NCBI GenBank assembly: GCA_048128005.1
Contig: JBEUKZ010000096.1
Location: 558,001 to 622,000 of the forward strand
Length of the DNA: 64,000 bases
From: Veleropilina oligotropha
Taxonomy: Eukaryota
Direction: 5' to 3'
The notes beneath the pieces are model-generated. The model was not told the DNA's origin. It saw only the letters and a list, made by a program, of their open reading frames with translations, and did no database searches. The position numbers and the translations under genes were made by a program. This document shows, in pieces, positions 54,926 to 64,000 of the stretch (position 1 is the stretch's first letter; every line of letters starts with the position of its first letter).

Positions 54926-55533
54926 TTAACTATCAAGCTGTAGTTAAAGTAAAGCAAAGCGCATGCAGCTTGTTAATACACCATCATGAATAGAATAATA
55001 AGAGAATACTGAACTTTCATTTTATGACTCTCTTTTCATATCCATGGCATCTGCTCTCAGTATCAGTAATTTAAGCATACCACAATAATCTTTACGAAAT
55101 AATTATCTACTCAAGATAAGTCTTAATTGCACTTAATTTCATTTTCAGCAGACTTGCAGACCGACCCTCAATTTTGGAATCTGATGATGTGCACGTATTG
55201 CATCTGAATCTCGAGTTACATGTACTATCGAGATGAATCCCTCCTGCTGAGACAACAGCCGATTGCACAACCCAACCATGCAGATGCAATAAAACAGCTA
55301 GTTGCTGATTCCGTTCAGATCAAGTGGAACAAAAGTGGTTAGTTTACTTTAGAATTGTTTACTTAGCGTGCGCACTAGTGTTACAAGCTAATATTAGTAC
55401 ACTGGTTTAGTTGACACTTATATTGCGATCGACTTTCTTTATTCCAAAACAAATGTTTGCACATTACATTTTAAAAGCTGGTGGCAACCACTTGTTATGT
55501 AAATAGGATAAACACACAGGCGTCATTGATATA

Positions 55534-56099
55534 TACTCAACCAAATAAGAAACGCACACCCCATTTTGATATAATTCACTAGGTTAACAATTTGCTAAAA
55601 TTTAATGCAAGAAAAGATTTCTGAGACACTAACTTCCTTTCCTCTAATAATGAAATAAATGAAAGATAATTTCGGGAATATTAAAATGCGAACTGTCCGT
55701 GCATGCGCCCCGTGCAAATTATATTTTTCGGAGCATATCTCATAAACCGCTCAATATTTCTTTACGATATTTGGTGGGTGCATTAAGCAGTTGGTGGACT
55801 GGTGCTTTTGCTAATTTTAATTTTGTGTGGCCCTTATTGACAGAGTTATTGCCCTTGTTGTTATTTTAGATAATTTGCACGGTGGACATACGTGCGCATG
55901 ATCGGATGGTCTACAGTTTAATACTCCCCGCAAATTTTTTTGGGGACGGAATAATTATTTTTAATTTATTCATTACTGAAGGTCACAGAAAGTTCGTGTC
56001 TCGGAAACATTTTCTTGCTCTTAATTTTTCGCAAATTGTTATTATGAACCTAGTAAAATTATCTAAAAGTGGGGTGTGCCTTTCTTATTTGGTTGAATA
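55534..56099. mobile_element. Tc1/mariner-like MITE
   Basis: Imperfect TIRs TACTCAACCAAATAAGAAACGCACACCCCA / TGGGGTGTGCCTTTCTTATTTGGTTGAATA that extend further inward; TA flanks. Confidence 0.72.
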
Positions 56100-56394
56100 T
56101 ATAATCAGTATTATTGGTAATAAACATAGCACATTTAGCAAATAAATTATCTCAAGAAAAAAATCGTCTTATTTGAGAAACGGTGTCACCTATATGAGTA
56201 AGATGACTCTATGGTAATTATTCCTTCGTTTATCTCCCATATACCTGCCATGTTGACAGACTGTCTGCCTCTGCTATAACCTTACTGTGGACTTGCATAA
56301 TTGTTTATTCTCTTTAATGTCATCACTGTCATGCTACATAGTCGCAGGTGTCTGCCATGGTGCTTATATGCCGACTCTGAATACAAATGACTAA

Positions 56395-59300
56395 ATTTGT
56401 ACAGCTTCTCACCAAAATGTATCTCAACACTAAAAGGAAGCAAAATTAATCGAACCAATTATTTTGCATGTACTATTTTTAGTATGCCTGATATAAGTAT
56501 ACTAATTTTTGGATCAAGGATGGAAGTTATGTCTGACCACAACATGGGTGATCTAGTTACAACTATTTTTGCCTTGGCACTTGATTTGTCCTGCAAAATA
56601 TGGGACAATAAATAAGTGTGGTTATTGCAGGCGTCCTTGACTTGTGTCCTGAAAGCCTCTATCCCATACAAAGTGTCCGGGTATACTAAGGGTATTTTAT
56701 GAACGCACAATTGTGTCCTATATACTGTCTGCAAGCAGGGCACTGAATGGTGTATGGTGTGTACCGACGACTGATTGCATCTGTTGAACATCAGTTGATA
56801 CATATAAGATTGTCATACGGTAAGACCATAGAGAAGAGATTCATGATTTGTTATAGTTGATAATTAATTAAAAATACAGCACGCATTATGTTGATGCTAA
56901 TGTCTATTTATTGTTTTCATTATTAACATCTGTATGCACTAGTCTTTTAATATTTATGTAAATACTTTAGTGGATTTATTATATGCTCCCACAAACAAAG
57001 TTTGGCGGGTATATAGGAGTCAGCTTGTCTGTGTTAATTCTAGTTAATTCTGTTCAAGCTTTTTTAATTGTTTTGAGTTGTTTGATATATTAAGCATCTG
57101 GCAATTCTGATAAAATTGTGAATCAAAATAAAATAACATACACATGCAGTTTGCATATACATTGCAAATTAGATCCAGAAGCTTTATTTCTGTCCTTATT
57201 TAGTATTTTTGTGAAATTTAGATCCTGTGCAATTTCAAGTGCATTTGTCTAAGGCTGCATAAAATTAAAGTTTAGACTTTCAGACAACGCACATCACCTT
57301 TTTAGCTCGCCTGTTCGAAGAACATAGAGCTATTGTCATCAGCAGCTTGTACGTCGGCGTCTCCAGTTTGTGTTAAGGAAAATGTTTAGGTAAAGTTTAT
57401 GTTCTTTTATCTCGATCAATGACTCTAATTTTCAATAAGTTTATGTGTAGGCCACTCCTTACTAGGATATTAATGGTAATAGATAAATTATTGAGGTATT
57501 TATTGGTAGAAACATGCTTTATATGAACTTTGACTTTGCGTTAAGGAAAATGTTTAGATGATGATTTTTAAACATTGGAGGGGATACTTCCTGGAGAGAT
57601 CTGGTCTCATGCTAGTTATGTCTCCCCATCCAAAGGATGGGAGAGACATATTGTTTTACACTCCGTTCTCCTTCTCTTTCTCCTTCTTCCTCACTTTCCT
57701 TGTCCGGGCTAGATCTCAGGTCCTATACATGCCAGCATTATTTCCTTTGGTACGTTCAATCGTCCAAGCATGCCATTTTGCTTTATGGCATAATTTTCGA
57801 AAACGACTTTCGACCTTGACCTAATGACCTTTGACCTCAAAATCGTGTCCGGCCTGCATGGTTCTCGGAGATGTCAAATGTTATCCTTCTAATTTCTTTT
57901 TAGACGCATGGCCCACACGTCAGGCATGTGCAGGCTGCTAAAATTTTGCACCTTTGACCTTGGAACTGTGACCTTCGTAGAAAATTTCCATATTTGGGCG
58001 TTTTTATATTTTATTGTTTTCTTAATTTGTACAGCTTATCACCAAAATGTAGCACAACACTTAAAGGAAGCAAAATTAACCGAACCAATTATTTTGCATG
58101 TACTATTTTTAGTATTCCTGATATAAGTATACTAATTTCTGGAACCAAGGATGGAAGTTATGTCTGACCAGGACATGGGTGATCTAGTTACACTATTTTT
58201 GCCTTGGCACTTTATCTGTCCTGCAAGGGACAATAAATAAGTGTGGTTATTGCAGGCGTCCTTGACTTGTGTCCTGAAAGCCTCTATCCCATACAAAGTG
58301 TCCGGGTATACTAAGGGTATTTTATGAACGCACAATTGTGTCCTATATACTGTCTGCAAGCCGGGCACTGAATTGTGTATGGTGTGTATCGACGACTGAT
58401 TGCATCTGTTGAACATCAGTTGATACATATAAGATTGTCATACGGTAAGACCATAGAGAAGATCGAGATGCATGATTTGTTATAGTTTATAATTAATTAA
58501 AAATGCAGTTAAATCATACAGCACGCATTATTTTGATGCTAATGTCTATTTATTGTTTTCATTATTAACATTTGTATGAACTAGTCTTTTAATATTTATG
58601 TAAATACTTTAGTGGATTTATTATGTGCTCCCACAAACAAAGTTTGGGGGTATATAGGAGTCAGCTTGTCTGTCTGTTGGTCGATCGTTAACTCTGTTGG
58701 AAATTCTCTTCTGCTCCATATCTCCGATACTATATTTGACCTAGGGACATGAAACTTGATGTGTGGAGGTGCCATAGCCCAAAAGTGTGTTATGTACCAA
58801 AAGTTACGGCGCTCACCGTGATGCATTTCATCAAAAATTCCCTTCCGCTCCATATCTTCCTTACTATTTGACAGAGGGACACGAAACTTCATGTGTGGAT
58901 GCTCAATATTGACCCCAAAGGTTTTTTGGGTACCAAAAGAGGGTCACAGCGACAGCCTGTTCATGTGTCAAAGCGATTTTGTATTGGAATATGATCATTT
59001 CTGTGTTAATTCTAGTTAATTCTGTTCAAGCTTTTTTAATTGTTTTGAGTTTGTTTGATATATTAAGCATTTGGCAATTCTGATAAAATTGTGAATCAAA
59101 ATAACGTAACATGCACATGCAGTTTGCATACATTGCAAATTAGATCATACAGAAGCTTTAATTCTGTTCTTATTTATTATTTTTCTGTTAATCAGATTGT
59201 ATATGTCGGCAACGTTTTACATTTTATTTCCATAATGAGTTATTATTTTAATAACAGATAAGCAATTAAGTGCAAGAATTTAAAAGGTCCTAAATGTTTT

Positions 59301-60447
59301 TTAGCTGTACGCATTTCAAATTAATCTCTGAATAATGCTTTATGTAAACATGTGCACCACCAATTGTCACTTCCCACCAGTGTTGCTGCATGTTATAACA
59401 TGATATCATTAAATATATGCGGTAACATGGATCTGATAGGTAATGTCAAATTATTTAATGCATATGTATATAAAGGTGTAAAATTAATATAAATGCACCT
59501 TAATCTACTGTTTCATATTAATATAATCATAAATATTTAAGAAAGACCTTATATTCATTTTAATATATGTATATTTAGCACACAATTTTTCATAGATCTA
59601 AATTTATTTGATTTTGTAATTTATGTGACGTTTTGTACGCATGCTTTCCGCTTGCCCTTAAAGATTTGTAATCTTGACTGAAGTGCCCGGCTCCGTTTAC
59701 AATGTGCAGCCTTTCAGGTTAAGTGTTGTTAGATAGTTGTGGTCTAATATGTGTTAGGCAGTATCATTATACTTTTGTCAATACATATACAAGTGCGAAC
59801 ACACAAAGACTACATTATTCAATGTAGAGCCTGCGCATTTGTCTAAGGCTGCATAAAATTAAAGTTTAGACTTTCAGACACCGCACATCACCTTTTTAGC
59901 TCGCCTGTTCGCGAAGAACATAGAGCTATTGTCATCAGCAGCGTCTCAGGTTTGTGTTAAGGAAAATGTTTAGCTAAAGTTTATGTTCTTTTATCTCGAG
60001 CAATGACTCTAATTTTCAATAAGTTTATGTGTCGGCCACTCCTTACTATGTTAATTATTTATGGCTATAGATAAATTATTGAGGTATTTTTTGGTAGAAA
60101 CATGCTTTATATGAACTTTGACCCTGCGTTAAGGAAAATGTTTAGATGATGATTTTTAAACATTGGAGGGGATACTTCCTCGAGAGATCTGGTCTCATGC
60201 TAGTTATGTCTCCCCATCCAAAGGATGGGAGAGACATATTGTTTTACACTCCGTTCTCCTTCTCTTTTGCCTTCCTCACTTTCCTTGTCCAGGCTAGATC
60301 TCAGGTCCTATGCATGCCAGTGTTATTTCCTTGGTACGTTCAATCGTCCAAGCATGCCATTGTGCTTTTTGGCAAAATTTGGCGAAAACGACTTTCGACC
60401 TTGACGTAATAACTTTTGACCTCGAAATTGTGTCCGGCCTGCATGGA
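56395..60447 (+). repeat. Local tandem segmental duplication (copy 1 about 56395-58023, copy 2 about 58024-60447)
   Basis: 56395-57205 matches 58024-59180 and 57241-57862 matches 59835-60447, including embedded HINE-type elements. Confidence 0.88.
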
Positions 60448-62032
60448 GTTTCATTGAACAACAAGGTTTGATGTACATAATTAAAAGATGTAACATACAC
60501 AGTGTGATGTAACATACAATTAAGATAAAATTGATTTTAACTTTAAAAATATGATAAAAGTAAAATGAAGACATAATAATTTTATATAGTTACTGTAGTA
60601 ATACAATTGTACACATTACTGTAACTTGTCAAATCAATTAAATATCTACGTCACTAACAAATATATTTGACTGCTTCATATACAATATAATTTGATTGTC
60701 ATTTGGCTGGTGTTATCCTGTAAATCATTGTTCAAAGTATGCTGTCCTGTAAAAGCTAGCAATTTCTAACTATATTATTTTGTGAAATTTGTATAAAAAT
60801 ATTTCTAAGAGTAGAAATTTTAATACACAGTTCTAGCCAAAATTTATTGATTTATAGTAATATGACTCTGTTACAATAGTGACTAATGTTACTCCGTAAT
60901 AATGAATTTTTGTAATTACTCTGTATTCCAAAAGCGTCATTCTTCTACTTTAATGTTTGAATTGTGTTTGTGAACTCACACAAATAATTATTACAATTCA
61001 AAATATATTGCTTTCTTCATGGTTAATCCAAGGTCCTAGAATATTATATATTACTGTGATTGCTTCTAATGACTCAAGACGTTTTAATTAATGTATGGCT
61101 ACTATAGAATTGTGCAATATGTCATGCAAGCCATATCACGGCTTCGACGTTCTAGTTATAATTTGTTTTCTTAATTTTTTTTCACCAATTTTTTCATTAT
61201 ATAACGATGTTCAATTTTGTTGTTCCGTCCAAGGTCATAGAGGTCAAAATGTACTTTACTGACGCACGCCTGTTGTGTGCTAACCTCCCTTTGCGTGCCA
61301 TTGTGCAAGGTAGCGTAATTTTCCGAAAATGATCTTCAACCTTGCCATAATGACCTTTGACCCCTAAATCGTGACCGGCCTGGTTCTCTGAGATTTCAAA
61401 TCTTATCCTTCTAATTTCTTTGTAGATGCATGGCCCGCACTTCAAGCATGTGCATGGCACTAATATTTTGCACTTTTATTAACCTTTGACCTTGATGAAA
61501 AAATTTCATATTTGGGTATTTCTATATTTTGTTTCCTTATTTTTATCACCAAATTTTTCCCTAAGGATGAGTGCATTGTTTAACAATGTTCAGTTTTGTT
61601 GTTCGGTCAAAGGTCAAGGTCACGTACAGAGGTAAGAACGTACTTTAAAGAACACAGTCTTTGTCCGGCCTTTATCTCAGATTCTATACATGCCAGCATG
61701 ATTTCCTTTTCTATATTATTCACCCCTTACATGACATTGTGCAAGGCAGTGAAATTTTCCAAAAATTACCTAGCTTTCACCTTGCCGTAATGATCTTTAA
61801 TTTGATCCCCACATCGTGTCTGGGCTTGTTCTTTGAGATTTCAAATCGTATCCATCCTTCTGATTTATTTGTAGATGCATGGCTTACACTTCAAGCATGT
61901 GCAGGATGATAAAATTTTGTTCCCTTATTGATTTTCAACAGGTTGGGACTTTTGAAACTTCATGAGGGTCTGAGTGTGGAATGATATCTCTCAAACGGGA
62001 GACATATGTTCACACAAAAACAACTCCTCTAG

Positions 62033-62215
62033 TTAGGGCTCCAACAGCTTCAGCTGGAGCCCTATTGTTTTTGCTATTTTTAGGGCTTCAAGCTTTCAGG
62101 CTTGAAGCCCTATTGTTATTCTACGAATTATTATTAGGGCTTCAAGCTTTCAGGCTTGAAGCCCTATTGTTATTCTACGAATTATTATTATTATTCTGAT
62201 TCTGATTCTGATTTA
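62033..62215 (+). repeat. Three tandem hairpin-type element starts (HINE-like)
   Basis: TAGGGCTCCA...TGGAGCCCTA, then two copies of TAGGGCTTCAAGC-TTTCAG-GCTTGAAGCCCTA followed by (ATT)n and (TCTGAT)n. Confidence 0.65.
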
Positions 62216-64000
62216 TTATTTTCTCCACGATTTTGTGACAGCGATAACTCAAAAACTGCCAGAGCTACAGCAATAAAATTTTGCAGGCTTATAGGTGCAT
62301 TAGTGAAGTTGTGCCGCGTCCTTAACCTAGTCTCTAGGTCGCATAGTTTCGTCGTTATCATGTGTTTTGTAAAAAAAACACCACTTTTTAAAAAATCTTC
62401 TTCTAACAAACTGTCAAAGCCAACGAGGTTAAACTTTCCAGATATGATGTATGTCTTATGACGAAGTAATATTGCGAGCGAAAAATCGATCGGTCGTAAA
62501 ACAAGGCAGCTGCTGGCATCCTAATGTTGGGAAAAAGTTGAAATTTTCAATCGTTTATAACTTGTATTTTGCTTTAACTATACTTTTCCAACTTCGCAGG
62601 AATATAAGTGCATATGCTAAGTTATGTTTCCTGCAAAGACATCACCGATGCGACTTTCGGTTATGACGCAATCATGGATTGAAAAATTATACTAAAACGT
62701 CATTTCCTCGTTAAATGTTGGACCGTTCGACATGGAAATCGGCATATACTGACATAAGTGTCATCTCTATATTGTTTTGTGAACGAAACAATGTTAGCAC
62801 AAACGTATTAACAGCTAAGATGAATTCAATTTTAAATTTTAAAAAGACTGCAGTTTCCTTAATTTTTATTACTATGAAACAAAACGTAATTTATTTTAAT
62901 CTCATGAATGTGCACTATCATAGTATGCATTTATTATATTGATATCCATTTGTATGTATAAAATACACGTAAATGAATTTTGCATTTGAAAATGTTCATA
63001 ACACAGCTAATACTGATGCTCTTTATTTGAAATTTTTCCTGAAGTTCACTATCAATGCCTAATATATATTTCTTGATTATCAAGAAAATATCTTGAACGG
63101 TTCGAGTTTCAATAATTTTTGTTGTGTCAATTAATGGTAAAAGAAATATTTATTGCCCAATCTCAAGAGCTCATGTCCCTGTAACAGGTTTATTGATGCT
63201 AAAGTCAACAAGGCGCTGCCTGCTAGCCAGGGTTGTTGTATATCAGTGTCTTTAGCATGTAATTAAAGCTAATTAATTACTTGTGTCAACATGAGACCAT
63301 TGGCTATCAGTGGATCAAAGCAGAGACTACTAACTAAGATAACCATTTGGTGATTAGTATCATGCGAGCCGCATTTCAGGACGGAAATGGATACGCATGT
63401 AAACTACTGTGTTTGCAAACATGGAAAACAGAATCATTGAAAATGGCAAGAGCAATGATTTACTAAAATATCCAAGTATTTTTATGTTATTTTCTGCAAC
63501 CTTTGATGAAAATACACATACATTCTTTCATGTCCGCATAAATGGATATGAAAATTTAGGTTTGTAGACTAAAGCGAGGATGCGATATACGTATTGGCCT
63601 ATACTTCTAACTTTCATTTTTATAGTCGGATTTCAAAATACAAATTACTAGGATACTATAAAGTACAATTGTCTGCATATCATAATCTTGCCATTCATAT
63701 TTTTTGTAAGAAATAGATGCGGAAACATGGATAATGAATTCGCAAATAGGCCTAGAGCAAAAATGATCATAATCAATCGGTAATAATGAGTATTGTTTAC
63801 AACTTTCCAAGAACATTGCCAATTTTGAGCTCCCATAAATACAATTATAGCGTAGTGTTAATGTGTTATATACGAATGTGATGTGCAGTACGTATGCCCA
63901 ATATCAAAGTCATTATATGAAATCATACCAATTCTGGTTCTAAACTTCCAATTCGATTAGAGACATAACATCGGTAAACAACGAACAATTCACAACCGTG

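Noticed and set aside
56459..56803. 114-aa minus-strand ORF repeated at 58132-58428
   Set aside because: Repetition is due to the tandem duplication, the second copy is frameshifted, and no domain is recognisable.

Overview
AT-rich, intron-rich animal genomic DNA; the repeat families suggest an invertebrate, probably a mollusc (inference). Positions 648-39539 (+) hold the last 10 coding exons of an intact transglutaminase gene with the Cys/His/Asp triad present and all splice phases consistent. One intron is expanded to 27 kb (8350-35416) by nested insertions. A DD35D pogo-type DNA transposon (9876-35211) contains DIRS1-like tyrosine-recombinase retrotransposon A (9948-32007). A in turn contains element B (15859-23203, in A's recombinase gene) and element C (24466-31910, in A's right terminal repeat). 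C has three uninterrupted ORFs. Comparing the three copies shows a candidate three-way recoding site (CCC-UAG-G) at the gag/pol/YR junction, compensatory base-pair changes in the 5' leader and 3' end, a putative leader intron and a CATATG circle junction used in two registers. The distal 24 kb contains a satellite with a Galileo-like foldback element, an L2 fragment, tRNA-derived SINEs and Helitron/HINE-type elements. It also has an ISL2EU-type two-gene core (SAP-SWIM-YqaJ exonuclease plus DDE transposase) bracketed by hAT-like ends, and a local tandem duplication. Everything was read by eye with no database searches. Family names rest on recalled motifs, and boundaries of the small repeats are approximate.
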